Below are positions 23,523-36,930 of a DNA stretch of 64,000 bases, piece by piece; positions within the stretch are counted from its first letter, which is position 1; the number at the start of each line of letters is the position of its first letter. The DNA comes from Lama glama (Eukaryota): contig CM052818.1 of NCBI GenBank assembly GCA_028534125.1, forward strand, positions 3,906,001-3,970,000, given 5' to 3'. The notes under the pieces are model-generated. The model saw only the letters and a list, made by a program, of their open reading frames with translations, was not told where the DNA came from and did no database searches. The translations under genes and the position numbers were made by a program.

Positions 23523-24269
23523 GATGGGCTGAGGTTTTCTTTAGAGATCTGCCTGCCGCGTGACTGATGATGCAGCTGCTCCAACAAGCATTCTATTACG
23601 TGTCGAGCATTGTGGGAGAATCTTACTGTATCTTAAATTAAGCCTTTAGAAACTTATTCCTGTCTTTAGTCTGATTGCTAGACACCCAGAAATCTGCCCT
23701 TTTGCTGATTAAAAATGTTTTCTGCCTCATTGCTGTGCCTCCTTCTCTTCCCCGCAAAGATCAGTGGAGGGAGGGAAGACTCTGGAAACGCAGACTGTGT
23801 GCCAAGCTCTCTTCTCTAACCTCATGTTCTAGCATTACCCGCCCTGCTTCTGCGTCCTCTGTAGCAGAGGATCCCTGCATGGCTGCTTGGCCCGCCCTCA
23901 GGGTGTTAGGAAGAGAGACAGCAGGAATCCATGAGCAGCCCTGGTGGAAACCAAACAACTTAACCCCCTAGGCCTGGGGAGCAGATGGAGGAAATGATGC
24001 TGGCTCCGGGAAGCGCACCAGAGCAGAGGCGAGCTTCCACCCTGCCTGGTAGATTTCTGTGTTAGGACACACATTTGGCTTCTAGAAGAGCCCAGATAGC
24101 TGACTGCGCAGCCTGACTGGAACATCAACGCGTCACACACAGAAGTTATGTAACAAACCCCTGTCAAATGAATCAGCAAGCGAGAACCAGGACATATTGC
24201 TCTAATTCCATTTATCCACAAAGCTACCTTTCACAATATGTACAGCAAGTGTTTTTAGGCCACATGCAT

Positions 24270-24412
24270 GTTCTTTTCAGATGATGAAAACATTCTGGAG
24301 TTTGACAGTGGTTATGGTTGTATAACTTTTTGAGTATATTAAACATTACTGAATGGTACTCTTTGAAAGGGTGAATTTTAGGGTATGTGACTATTAGCTC
24401 AATTTTAATAAA
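24270..24412 (+). mobile_element. L1MB-type 3' end fragment
   Basis: gatgatgaaaacattctgga...gtggttatggttgtataac...gggtgaatttta...tatgtga...ctcaat. Confidence 0.7.
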
Positions 24413-24490
24413 GAATATTAAGGTCAGTGAATAGTTTGCTAAACTTATTCCATTATGTTCCTTCCTTTTCTTTTTCGCTTTTCTTTTCTT

Positions 24491-24513
24491 TCTCTCTCTC
24501 TCTCTCTCTCTCT
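24491..24513. repeat. (CT)n microsatellite
   Basis: Seen directly. Confidence 0.9.
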
Positions 24514-24814
24514 TTTGAAATGTGGAGCAAGCAGTTTTTGAGATGACTTCAGTAAAGATCGCCTATCAATCATTGTGTCTGAAAATGAGACATCTCTATA
24601 GTCACCATTTGCTCTGGTTGCCCAAAACTTTTCATGCAAAATTACTGTTAGTATATTTCCATCTCGTGGGTTAGTTTGAATTTGCTCTCCTGTTAGATGC
24701 TTACTGTGACACATAACATCTAAAATAGAACACAGACACTGGTGTGTATTAAGTGCTTTCTGATGCCTAAATTCCTCTAGAAGTTTTCTCACTTACAACT
24801 ATTTACTAATACGA

Positions 24815-25480
24815 GCTTTAGTGAGGAATAACTAATGCACAACAACTTGGATGTAAAGTGTATAATTTGACAGGTTTTGACACATGTATACAGTCATGGG
24901 GCAATGCCACAATCAAGATAGCGAACACCTCCATCACCCTCAGAAGTTCCCGTGTGCCCCTTTGTGATCTCTTCCTCCTGCCTCCTCCCACACCGTGCAA
25001 CCACTCAGCTGCTCTTTGTAGTCACAGATTAGTTTGCATTCTCCAGAATTTTATGTAAATGGAATCACATAGTAAGTATGCTTTTTTTTTTTTTTTGGTC
25101 TAGCTTCTTTTACTCAGCCTCACTACTGGAAGACGTACCCATAATTATTCTGAGGTTTATGTATGGCCTATTCCTTTTTATTGCTGAGTATTATTCCTTG
25201 TATGAAAATCACAATTTGTTTATCCATTCACCTCTTGAGGAATATTTGAGTTGTTCAGTTTTGGGCTATTAAAAATAGAGCTGTGATAAACATTTGTGTG
25301 CAGGTCTCTGTCAGGACGCAGAGTTCCTTTTCTCTTGGGTAAATATAAACACCTAGGTACTAGTAGAATGGCTAGGTCGTGTGGTGGGTGTATGTTTACC
25401 TTTTTGAGAAACAGTCCGAAATGTTTTCCAAAGTATTTGTGCCATGTTACATTTCCACCAACAGGGTACCAGGGTCCTTC
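24815..25480 (-). mobile_element. Old L1M (MB/MC-type) 3' region
   Basis: cacaatcaagatagcgaacacctccatcaccc...tttattgctgagtattattcc...tgtttatccattcacc...acatttccaccaacag. Confidence 0.8.
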
Positions 25481-26319
25481 TTCCCAATAGAAATATCTTT
25501 AAATAAAAAGGAAGCCCAATCGGAGCATTAAGCAGTCAGTTCAGAAGAGATGCCTATGGGCCAGGCGTCTTTGAAAAACAATGAAAAATGAAAGAAATGA
25601 AACCACTGTTTGATGTTGCTTAAACGTGTCATGTTACCGAATGGTAAACACGCAGACTAAATCGACCTTCCTTTGCGCTCACTCACCCAGTTTTGTGACA
25701 AACGATGGGAAACAACAGAGTAGGAATAAGACAGTTGCTTCTGAAATGACAATGTGGGGAACTAGTGACAGATAACCTCCATCCATTTCTGGAGTACAAA
25801 AACTTCAAATGTTGAGCCGTTGGCAGGCTGCACACTTAATTCCAATTAGTTCCTTCCTGGAGCACTTGCTTATGTACAACACTGGGAGCTATTCAAGTCT
25901 GAGGCCGACTGAGTGGGACCAGAAGAAAATTGTACTCAGGCAGAAGGGTGCATTTCCTCAAGAGGAGCAGAACCATGTGGGGCCGATCTAACAATGGGTC
26001 AATTCTCCTAATTACACAGCAATAATATTTAATTAAGAACTTTAAAAAAGAGTCTGTATTGGGCAGGGAAGCAGAATTAATTAAATACAGGTAATGTCAA
26101 AGGTGCAGGTGACTTCCTACATGTTTTAGAACAGAAACTATGAATACAGTGAGATAAGCACCATCTTAAATGGCAACCATATGCTTGGCCTGGGTATTGG
26201 GGTGACAGTGGGGAGTGGTGGGGAGTATGGTGAACTGGAAAGAGTACACACTTCTTTTAAAGCAAAGTTATTCAGTCTCCAATAATCATTATCTTGCAAT
26301 AAATGAAGGCCTAGTGTTC

Positions 26320-26488
26320 CTAGATCTTATTTTTCAACACAAGATGAAACACTGCATTTTTAGGTAAAATCAGACTTTTAAATGTTAGCAATAAATTTAA
26401 GTTGTTTTTTAAAAATTGCAGTGTGAATCAAAAAGAACATATACGCATACCAGATGGGGCTTGTTAGCTGCCAGTTTATAACCTTTGG
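26320..26488. mobile_element. MER103-like DNA transposon remnant
   Basis: acttttaaatgttagcaa...aaaagaacatatacgcataccagatggggc...ctgccagtttataacctttg. Confidence 0.45.
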
Positions 26489-27287
26489 CAGTGGAGGAGT
26501 TTTGGGAAGGCTCTTTTGCCAAAGAGGTTCACTCATGACATTGAATGAAATTCTTTTTGATCAGAGCAGATAAGATATTTTTCCCACCTCCTCTTCCCGT
26601 TAAGACATCCCGTTAAAATGCAAAATAGTTCCAAGTATACTGGTTTCTTCAGCCATTAAAGAACAGTCAGCCATTAATACCTTGGCTGAAACTGGATTAA
26701 GTCCTTAGAAACTTAAAGTTAGAAAGGAGACCCAAAGGAGGACTTTTCTGGAAAGCGTACGGTTACAGATGGCCATTCAGTCATCGCTCACATAATTCTA
26801 AGGGTGGAAAGTTCAGACCATCCACTCCACTGTTGGAAAGCTTTAGCTGTAAAAGTTGCAGGCGTCAAGCCAAAATGTGCCCCTCTGAATTCCTCCCCAA
26901 CCTCTTCATGGTGGTCTTCTGTGGCTTTGTATAATAAGTCGAGTAATTCCTTTCTACAGGGGAATTTTCCAGATATCTGAAGATGCCCTTGTGCGTGTCT
27001 CAGTTCTTTGTCTGCATCTCTGTGGGGTACTTCAGTCCTTCCTCATTCCATAAGCATCTCATTAGTGCCCGCACTGCTCTTTGAGCAGATCTCTGTTATG
27101 GTGCTTCATGCATGGTTTTACAACTTATCTGAACATATGACTATCTCCCAGAGCAGACTGTGAGTTTCATGGGAGGTTGGGAGCAAGCAGGCATTTTGGT
27201 ACTCAAATCTTTTCACATTGCTTGGTACACAGAAGACACTAAGAACTGATGGAGAGAAGGAAGGAAGGAAGGGAAGGAAAAAATTCA

Positions 27288-27568
27288 GTGACTAGAGTCT
27301 TGGAAGCTTGAATATCCTATGTTCTCTTGTAAATGGACCTTGAGAGCTTGTTTGGAGGTTGTAGCAGGGAAGAACAGATACTCGTACACCCCTGACCAAA
27401 GAATGGACCCTATTAAGGAATATCTTCCTCTTCCACTGAGCATGCAGCTTCAGGAGGGATACACATGGGAGGGAGGAAGGGGACACCTGCCTAGCCGGCC
27501 AGATCAGCTGAACGATCCCGGGCTATCAATGGGGTGATAGATGTCGCAGCCAGGCTGCCCCTACATCC
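27288..27568 (-). pseudogene. 7SK snRNA (RN7SK) retro-pseudogene, 5' end intact, last ~40 nt missing
   Basis: Minus strand begins GGATGTAGGGGCAGCCTGGCTGCGACATCTATCACCCCATTGA and continues to CCTCCAAACAAGCTCTCAAGGTCCATTT...CAAGCTTCCAAGACTC, collinear with 7SK with many substitutions and small deletions. Confidence 0.93.
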
Positions 27569-27739
27569 TGAATGAATTACTAATATGGTTCCCAATTCCA
27601 TCATCTCTTCTATTATGGCCTTTGTCAATACCACTTTTAAAATACGGGACTCGGAACCATGGTCTGAACCTGGGATAGTAGAACATGGAATTAGCCCTCT
27701 TGACCCGGACACTGGATGGCTATTGATGAACCCGAAGAC

Positions 27740-28020
27740 TGCATCAGCCTCATGTTTGTCAGAGGCATTCTCAGTGGTTCTCAAGACAGCTATGCTTCTC
27801 CTTGCTTTAGTCTTTCCCCTTCGTGAACTCTTACTAAGTCCCGGTTTCTCTAAACCTGTTGCATGTGAAACTGACCATTTGTGAGCCCAGCATTTTGTAT
27901 TTGTCCCATTAAATTCCACCCTGTTGTTTGCAGTCCAACAGAGAAAGATCGGTGTTGGAGCTCGGTTTTGTGGTCCGCCCAGTGCATTATCTCACTGCCT
28001 CTCTCAGAGCTCGGTTTGCT
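27740..28020 (-). mobile_element. L3/CR1 LINE remnant
   Basis: Minus strand GGTGGAATTTAATGGGACAAATACAAAATGCTG and AAAGACTAAAGCAAGGAGAAGCATAGCTGTCTTGAG resemble CR1 ORF2. Confidence 0.5.
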
Positions 28021-30026
28021 GTCAGAACCATGGCTCTCGCTAAGCTGCTGGTGAGAGCCAGCTGAAATCATTGTCTTGGAGGAATGCAACTGTCAGCCTA
28101 GAGTGTCTTGAGTAGACAGGCCTAGGTGGGGATCCACAGCTGGGGCTGCTCTCGGGGCCAAGGAAGGGAGGTAATTCAGAGAGTGAGGGGAGGGGCTGAG
28201 AGGAAGGTTTTTGATGAGAGCAAATTCTACCTTCTTCACCCGTCTGTCTAGGGTTTAGTCTCACCATCATACTTCAGAAACATGAACAATCGGTGATTTC
28301 CTTGTTTACTTTCTCCTCCAGGACGTATTGAGTTAATTGCTTTGCAGGTCCCCTGAACTCAATCAAGGTTTCCCCAATTTTCTTTCAGTAGAGAAACATA
28401 GAGGAATATTTTCCTCATCTAGGTATGATGTTATCAACACCATGATTCTCCCATGGACTTTCAATCCTTATTAAAATGATGCTGATAATAATGTCACCTT
28501 GTTTTGCGTAACAATTTATGCTTTTTAAAGCACGTTCACATACACCCCTGGGTCCTTGCAGTAGCCTAATGGAAATCACAGCCGGGGTATGCCTGGCAGG
28601 ACTTCATAGCCATGGACAATTAAATGCTCTCCAATGCTTCCTGACAGCCACACTTACTCCAGAGAATGATCAGCACCAGAGCTTTAAGGAATCTGTGGGG
28701 GAACTTTTGGTGTAATGATATATTTTGAAAGCTTCATTTTCTTCTTAGTAAATTTATTCTCTAATCAACATGTTTTAACCCTAATGATTCTAATTTGAGA
28801 GAGGTAGGAGCTTGCCTTTTCAAAATCTGGGGCTAGCTTCCATCATTGTGTCTTGTATTAATTTTTTCTTTATAAGAAACAAAGGAAATAGAATTGGATC
28901 GTTTATGCTGATGCAGGAGACTATTGTTTGTCTATAAAATATGCAATATTGCATTCAAGCCAGAGACTTAAAAAATATTTAAAGGAAGATTCCTTGGGAT
29001 GGATCCACCAGAGGTTTGTCCATTTTATTTGTTCTACCAGAGAAACAGCTTTTGGGATAATTTATCCACTGAATTGTTTTAATTTGTTTAAATTTATTAA
29101 TGCATTTTAATCTTTTTCTTTGTATTTTCCTTAGCTTAAAAAGATTTTACTTAATTATTTATTTTTCTTTTCCGTTTAATCAGAAACATTAAAAGCTATG
29201 AACTTGCTATGATCAGCTTTTGTGGAATCTGATATTTCTGCGCCATATTCATTAAGTTTATAAGTGTGATCTTTTTATTGTCTTGAATACCTCAATGGTG
29301 AGTAAAGGTGAGTCTAGTTTACTGATCTTTGATTCAAGAATTATTTAGGAAGATATTTTTCTGTTGTCCAAGTGGTTGAGAGTCTGTGGGGTTTTTTTGG
29401 CCTAGTATCTTTGGCTAGTTCTAATTTTGTTTCATTTTAATTAGACAGTTCAAAAGTCTGATAACCTCTTGAGATTAGGTGAAAGTAGTTAATAAGGGTT
29501 AAGTAAGCAGAAATTGGTACATTGTTTGTTGAGGGACTATATGAAGCAAGACATTCAGTCAATATTTATTGACAGTTTATTAAGTACCACGTACTCTGTT
29601 AGGCAGTGGGAAGTGGAGAGACATAAGGTTCCTTCTCTGTCCCAGGAGCCCTACAGGAGGGGAATTGATTACGATAGTGAATTCACAGAAATTGTATTCA
29701 TTGTCTTTAGACGTTGTGATTCACTACAAGGTTGCACCACACTCAGTAGGATTGCAAATCTGGGTTTTTTTTCTTTTTTTTCATGAATGAGATAATTGCA
29801 CAAATAAGGAACTCCCCTGTTTTCTAATTGCTTTAAAATAAAGGAATTATAAAAATCGTGGAGGCAGATTTACCTTGATGCTACTGAACCCTAGTTAAGG
29901 CTCCTCATGGCACAGACCCCTTACAAGGCCTTGGCCCTGGGTTCATGTGGTCATATGACTTTGTCAATTTGCAAAGGAAAGATTTTTCAGTTCCTTTTCT
30001 GAAGAAGGTTCTCCTGGGCCTGTCGT

Positions 30027-30082
30027 TGTGGCAATGACATTTGTCCCCATCATGTGGCAATGACATTTGTCCCCACCATGTG
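30027..30082. repeat. 26-bp tandem duplication
   Basis: TGTGGCAATGACATTTGTCCCCA(T/C)CA twice, then TGTG. Confidence 0.95.
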
Positions 30083-31319
30083 TGTTACCAGGTAGCAGTG
30101 TTAAAGGTCAGTAGATGGTCTTTGTTGATTGCTTTTCTTTGAGAAATTTACACTTATCTCTGAATAGTCAGTCACCGAGTATTGCTAATAACTTTACATG
30201 TTTACAAGTACACTTAGTGTTTTGTTGTTGGTATGGGCTATTCAGTGCATCTAACTCCTTGGAAGTCTTTCAGCTATTCTAAAATAATAGCTGAGAAACT
30301 AAAATGAAATCCTTAAGGAATTACCTCATTTATACCAATAAAATGTGCAATATCGAGAACAAAACTGTAGCGTGTTTGAAAAAGCCCTAAAAGTTCTTCC
30401 TCACTTCTTACAGCGTTGCATGATATATTTTCTATGACGCATGGATAATTGGCACTTGGTATCTTAGGTGAATGGAAAGGCAACATTAACAGTGAACTCT
30501 CAACAGGTCCTGGAGCACAGAAACTCACGGAGAGAGAGTTTACCCTTTTTGCATCTCCAGCACAAACCACAGTGCCTGGCATTCAGAAGGTGCCTAAAAT
30601 ACTTTTTAAATAAAGAAAAGAAGAGTGCTGGGAAATCCGTCAGGAACTGTACAGAAAGCTAGCACGGTGGAAGTTACAGGCAGTTCATTACAATACAAAA
30701 CAATAGCAAGACCCCAGTTGTGATCAGTTACAGAAAATATTGTGGCTCAGAGAAGGCTGACTCTGAGTAAGAGGAGGCTTCCTGTATTAAATGCAATATT
30801 ATAATGGCCCTTTACTGGGACAATTGAAATTGCCTATCAACATTTTGTGATGACTACTAGATCGAGCAATTAATTAAGGTCACTATATTAATTACGGAGA
30901 GAGGGCCAGCACCAATTAAATAGTTAACTATGTCAACATTTCAGAGGTGGCCTATGATCACTGTGATGGCTCTGTAGGACTGTCATGAGGGTGAAGAGTT
31001 AGACTCCACTTGTATCCAGAGAGGGGTACGAGTGGTGATATACGGGAATCCAGTATTTCTGTAAGGCTCCCGCAGTTCCCATGGAAGGAGAGAATGTGGA
31101 TAGACTTTTCCAAACTTTCAAACAACTGACATGCTGCTTCTTTATTCTCTTTTTTTTCCTCTGGAAGCAAATTTATTGAGCATTTAATTTCTACTCCTTT
31201 TTCTCCCCTCCCCTTTCCTGCCCTGCCTCCCTTCTTCTCTCCCGATGAAGTAAACATCTGACTTGAACTCAAAATCTCAGCATTTTTGTGATAGCAATTA
31301 GCACTTAATTTCAGTTTAC

Positions 31320-31380
31320 CTCCTGCACATATGGTGGATGGTTCAGCTGCCAGGATTTCAATGCAGGACTTCTTCAAAAT
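31320..31380 (-). CDS. ANTXR1: ANTXR1 coding exon (exon 9 equivalent, 61 nt): ILKKSCIEILAAEPSTICAG(E)
   Basis: Overlaps ORF 30958..31377; pyrimidine tract plus CAG acceptor, GTAAAC donor. Confidence 0.97.
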
Positions 31381-33096
31381 CTGGAAGGAGGGGAAAGCAA
31401 AAAGTCAAAACACAGCTTATTTTCTTAAAACAGAAAAGTGGCATTTGTTTTTAGCTCCCAAGACAGGCAAGTTCAAGGACATTACGTGGCTGTGGTTGGG
31501 TGAGTCGAGGGTGACATTTTACTGGTATCATTGATGTCAAACATTTAATGATCCAGCACTGTGCTAGATGCTTCTGAGTGTCCCCACAACCAAAGGAATT
31601 ATTCATTCATTTGGCTTTTTTTTTTTTGGCAGATATTTACTGAGTCAATATGCCAGCCTTCATTATGGAGAGGTTTAATATCTGGTTGGGGAAATGGCAC
31701 CCCACACTTGAAAAGTTAAGTAACAATCACTATGCGGTAGGTGCCAGGGTTGAAGGGCAAACAGTAGGAGCTACAGAGTTCATGGGGGTGGTCACTGAGG
31801 GCTAGTAGATTGGGAAGGGCTTCCTGGAGGAGGTGGATACTGAGGCTAGGACTCGGTCAAGCGGGGAGGAGTAAGTTAGGGGAAGGTTAGGGTCCAGGAA
31901 GGGAGTGGCATTTGTAAAGGTGAGAAACTAGAAATACACAGACCACTTTAGCTGGAACAACAGGAGCTTGAAAAGTAGACAAAAGAGTGATGAGAGATAA
32001 AGCTGGAGAGGTGGGATGGAGATGGCCAACCCTCCAGAGGAGACGCACGTTCAGATCATCCCGAGCTCCCTCTTTGTTAGAGAAGTGAAAACAGGTCGCG
32101 GGAGAGAAAGGGCTTTGCAGGCTGTTTGCTGTGCCTCACCCTTCAGGAGGACCCCCTAAGCCTTATTTAAATGGAAATGTAGTCTTCCCCCCCAGATGAG
32201 TCTTGCAGGGTTGAGTGGAGAGTCTAGTGGACCCCATAACTGCACAGAGAATTAATAATGAAGGCTTCTTCTGGGAAAAGCAGAGTATCTGACTGGTGGA
32301 GTTTCAGCTTTTCTCCACCCGTGATGAATACCGCCTCTGACTGCATCATGATTCTAAAATTTCGACCAAGCATTTTAAACCAGTATAGGACACTGAGTTA
32401 ATTTACCAAGCCAAATGCAGTATCTTTATTTGGGCCTGACTTAATTTGGAAGTTGAGAAGGTTCAAAGGGCTGAAGGGAACCATTTGTCTATTTATGAAA
32501 GGGACATTTGTTAACGGAATTAATAGTGAAGTAAAATGTAAAGTCCGTAAAAGAAAAAGGCATCTTTGAGCATGGGGAAGCACCCATTTGTCTGCATGGA
32601 TGTATTTATTTGTATTTGCCTCTTTGTTCCAGCTTAAGTGATACACACACTACAAGATGCAATCAACTAAAAGAGACAATCAGTTACAAAAAGGGGAGGA
32701 ACTGGATCAAAGGGGAAACAAGGGGAAGATGAAGTACAGAGGGAAACTAGCATAGAAAAAAATACACCAAGGAGCTTATTCCCCTGTTAGGCGAGGCCCC
32801 TGTATTTGGTTCTCAGCTTTCTGGTAGCAAATGAAGAGGACAGACAATATTTATGAGATTCTTAATCTGAAGAATGAAAACAAACCAGTTTCTCAGAAGA
32901 GATAATATTTACCCATTCCAGAGAGAAATCTGGGCGTCCTCGTAGAGAAGCATTGTGAAAGGAAATGAACAATGTGCTTCAGAAAATTGTTCTCTGATGT
33001 ACAGATGACAAAATATTCAAATGTAGTCCTTGTAACAGGCTCCCCCACAACCACGTGTTTTAGGTAACTCTGTATACCTAAGAGCCATAAGAAGCA

Positions 33097-33412
33097 GCAG
33101 GGTCCCCTCTCAGTATGGCGGAAGGATTGGTTCCAGGACCCCTGTGGGTACCGAAATCCAAGGATGCNNNNNNNNNNNNNNNNNNNNNNNNNNNNNNNNN
33201 NNNNNNNNNNNNNNNNNNNNNNNNNNNNNNNNNNNNNNNNNNNNNNNNNNNNNNNNNNNNNNNNNNNNNNNNNNNNNNNNNNNNNNNNNNNNNNNNNNNN
33301 NNNNNNNNNNNNNNNNNNNNNNNNNNNNNNNNNNNNNNNNNNTTCCAAATTTTTTTGATCCCCAGTTGGTTGAATCTGCGGATGTGGAACCCCCAGATCC
33401 AGAAGGCCAACT
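33097..33412 (+). mobile_element. MER2 (TcMar-Tigger) element spanning an assembly gap
   Basis: Left end ggattggttccaggacccc...gtaccgaaatccaaggatgc; right end gttggttgaatctgcggatgtggaaccc...ggccaact. Confidence 0.85.
33168..33342. other. Assembly gap (175 N)
   Basis: N run. Confidence 1.
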
Positions 33413-35049
33413 TTCTTTCTTTTCCTTGACAATTCTAAAATTCAGATTTCCAGCTTCTTTTTCTGCCATTCTTTCTGACTTCTTGTACAATTGAAAGGCA
33501 CTTTTGTACTTTGATTCCTTGATTTGTTTTCAGCTTCCACCTGACTGCACAGCCGGAAGCCATTTGCTCCTTTTCTTCAGTGTTGCCCTTACTTCCTCTC
33601 CCTCTGGCTTATCCAGGGCCTCCACCCACCTCAAACGCAGGTGCAGCCTCAGTTTCCGGCTAGTCCCAAGCCTGTTTTGTCTACAGCAGGGAAAGGAGGC
33701 ACCAAACTCCCCACATCCGTGTCCATCTCTGTTAGAGGCAGTGGTTCTCACCCACCTGGTTCTGGGGACCCGACATTGCCTCTGAGCCCTTCACTGACAT
33801 TCCGACTTGGGATCAGGGACCTCAGGGATACATCCTAGGCATCCATGTTTCCCTTTCGTCTCTTCTATCCTCCCCTTTCCAATGGTCAGTCTGGTCCGTT
33901 AGATGCAGCAGCATCCTAGGACTGGGGCTTGGCAGGATCCTCATTCAGATCCTTGCCAGTGACTCATATCCCAGATAACAACTGTCCCCCCTTAACTGTG
34001 ATGACAGTCCACCCCCTCCCCACCCCACCAATTTGCTGCCTGAAGGGCCACCTCAGCTAGTCGGCAGCCACCCCCTTCAACATGTCTTCATGCACAAGTC
34101 TCCAAACAGGTGACATTGGAAGGGACAGAATTAACCAATATGGAGAAATTTATTTAACAGTGGCATTAGAAGAGCACAAAGCTATTTTTTATGTTTTAAA
34201 TAAAATTCCTCTTTCTCCTTTTACAAGTCATTTTATCATCCACAACTAACGGTTTCAACAGTCCAAGCATAAAAATTGAGCTACTGGATCTAACCTGTCC
34301 TCATCCTGCAAACTCCATCAAAACACAAGTGAAATTTTCACCCGTGTATGTTCCTGACTTTGAACTGATGTTTTTGAACCAACTCTAATACCTAACCAGG
34401 GGTCAGTAAAGGAAACACATCTTTGCCCACAAAGACACACTAGCAGGTTTTGTCATAATAAACTCATGCTGTATTATTCTCTCAAAGTGTCTGCAATTAG
34501 CTGATAAATCTAAGGAGCGTTAAAAGGGCCAAAAAATATCAGCCAAGTGCTGTGATTCAATCCAGTAAAAACACCGCTTTCCCAATCTTAACTTAAAACA
34601 TCTGGAAGGAACGCACTGCAGCCAAAAGAGTAAAATTTATCAGTGAGGGGGGATGGGTGAGCTTTGTCTGGGACGGTGGATTCTTTTAGTTAGAAATGTC
34701 TGGTTTCAAAAGGTAGGAAGTCACAATGGCACTGGGTGGATTTGGGGGGTTCCCTTGGTTATTAGCAGCCCAGACTTAACAGTAATCAGTCTGTCTGAAC
34801 TTCAGCAGACTGCAGATCAGCTCAGGGACTGGAGACTGGATGGGGGTGGGGAGGCAGCAAGTCCCTCTCCGACCTGGGCAGTGGTAGCGATGCAGGAGGT
34901 GTAGACACAACATTGGGAAATGGTTGAAGGGAAATCACTAGATGGAATGGAAAGAACTCACACAGGGTCGGGGTGATGTCAGAGGTGAGAGTGCGACTGA
35001 GGTCTAACGGAGACTGGGTTAAGACGACCACGTGCTTTAAGCATAATCC

Positions 35050-35620
35050 ATTGTGAGGAGCTGGGTCCTGCTCTTGGCCTGGTCCTGTACTTCGCTGACC
35101 TATGGTCCCTGGCAAATCCTTTAACTTGTCTGAACCCCAATTTGGGGAAACAGTTTAACATAATCACTAATAGTTTAGAATCTGGAACCAAATTGCTTGG
35201 GTCAACTTGCTCATGAGCAATGTGACCTTGCGCAAGTTCCCTAACCTCTCTGAGTCTCTGTTTTCCCATCTGTAATAGTGGGGTAGGAACAATACCCACT
35301 GCATAAGGTTATTGAGTTGGGAAGATTAAATGAGATAATACAGGCAAAGTCCATAGCACAGTGCCTGAAATTCCTCACCTAAATGGTAGCTCTTATTCTT
35401 AAGAACTTGGGCTCTGGAGACAGAAAAAATAGACTTGGGCTCTAAATAGATTTATGTGCATCTCCAAGCCCCACCACTTTCTGGCCATGAGGATTTGGAC
35501 AAGTTATGCAACTTCTGAATCTCAGCTTCCTTTTCTGGAAAATGAGAATAAGAAAAACACTGACCTCAAAGTGTTGTCTGGTGGTAAAATGAATAATAAA
35601 TATGAATGCAGAGATATTTA
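35050..35620 (+). mobile_element. Cluster of MIR SINE remnants
   Basis: tgtgaccttgcgcaagttccctaacctctctgagtctctgttttcccatctgtaatagtggggta...gattaaatgagataata; a second core at 35490-35550. Confidence 0.75.
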
Positions 35621-36410
35621 GCTGGTCAAACCAACTGGACATAGGTGGTAAAATTCATATTGGATTAAAGAGCGAGGAAGAGAGAGGGATCAAGGAAGAC
35701 TGACCAAGTGTTTGTTTTGTAGACAGAACTAGACAGATGTGATTGGTCAATAGACAACTTAACAGTCCAGGGGCCACCAGCCAACAAGTGCCCTCCACGA
35801 AAATACGGTACCAAGAAATGTACTCAGAACAACCCTTGCAGTAAAGCACTTAGCAGAGTGACTGACACGTATTTGGTTCTCAAACAATGGTGGCTGTTAC
35901 TGTTACTTTTATTATCACTGCTACTACTGCTGCTGTTCTTGGGCAAAGCTCATGCATGCTGTTTGTATACGATGCTGCTCCCATCACCCACCGCTGGTCT
36001 CTTGCTTAATCCCATTTATTAAAAACTGAAAGACGGCAAATAATATGTTGCTGCTACTTTTTGGATAGATTTCAAAACGAAGAGAAATGTTTGAAATTCA
36101 TAAAGAACTAGAGAAATGCATGTTGTTACTGGTGGCGATCCTCTCGCACAGCTCATTACGTGGGCGGGGGGAGTAAGAGGGGCAGCAGACGTAGAGCTAA
36201 GCCAAGTAATAAGAGCTATTTAATATGTTTCAAGTGAAATCCATTATGGGTCAGTCCAGGTTGTATATATGAGTTTTCCTTTTTTTTCTTTTTTCTTTTA
36301 TTCTAAAAATCTAAAGGCCTTTTTCATAGTTTCTAAAATAGAATTGTGAATATTTGCGTAGTTATTAAGAATTCCTCCCTTGCCATAGGCATACCTAATT
36401 TCTTTTAAAT

Positions 36411-36542
36411 TTATTTTTTGGTGGGGGGGCAGGTAATTAGGGTTTTATTTATGTATTTATTTTTGATGGAGGTGCTGGGGATTGAACCCAGGACCTTGCG
36501 AATGCTAGGCATGCACTCTACCACTGAGCTATACCCGCCCCC
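36411..36542 (-). mobile_element. Vic-1-like SINE
   Basis: ggaggtgctggggattgaacccaggaccttgcgaatgctaggcatgcactctaccactgagctatacccgcccc with an AT-rich tail. Confidence 0.9.
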
Positions 36543-36809
36543 TTCGAATTCTTTTTTCTAATTGCTCTGCCTCCTTCCTCAATAAACAACCAATCTTTAT
36601 TTACTTGGCCACTTCCTGTTGCGGGATTTTGTGCGTGTGTGTTAATAAAAGACTAGTCTCCTTTATCCATTGATGGTATAGCTACCCTTTGCTTTCACAT
36701 ATCCAGAGAGCATGTTCCTTGGTGTCTTATTTGTTGTGATGGACACAATCTGCTTTTAAGATGTTTGGGGCTTGAAGTAGGCTGGCCCACGGGTGGTTAA
36801 GTATCTATT

Positions 36810-36930
36810 AAACTTAGACTATAAACTCTACAAAGGCAAGGGCTAGATTTGTTTTTGCCTACCATTATATCCATAATGCCTAACCTTGCACATAGTAGGC
36901 ACTAAATAAATATTTATTGAATAAATAAAT
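36810..36930 (+). mobile_element. L2 3' end
   Basis: tagactataaactctacaaaggcaagg...gcacatagtaggcactaaataaatatttattgaataaat. Confidence 0.75.

Noticed and set aside
27288-27568. Functional RN7SK gene
   Set aside because: Many substitutions and deletions, missing 3' hairpin and U-tract, and no evident upstream TATA/PSE.
30958-31319. In-frame read-through of exon 9 into intron 9 (possible secreted vWA isoform)
   Set aside because: The extension is low-complexity, and I saw no poly-A signal shortly after its stop; the minus-strand AATAAA hexamers near 31141 and 31172 lie before the stop. No transcript evidence.
32893-33494. ORFs containing long X runs
   Set aside because: Artefacts of translating through the N gap inside MER2.
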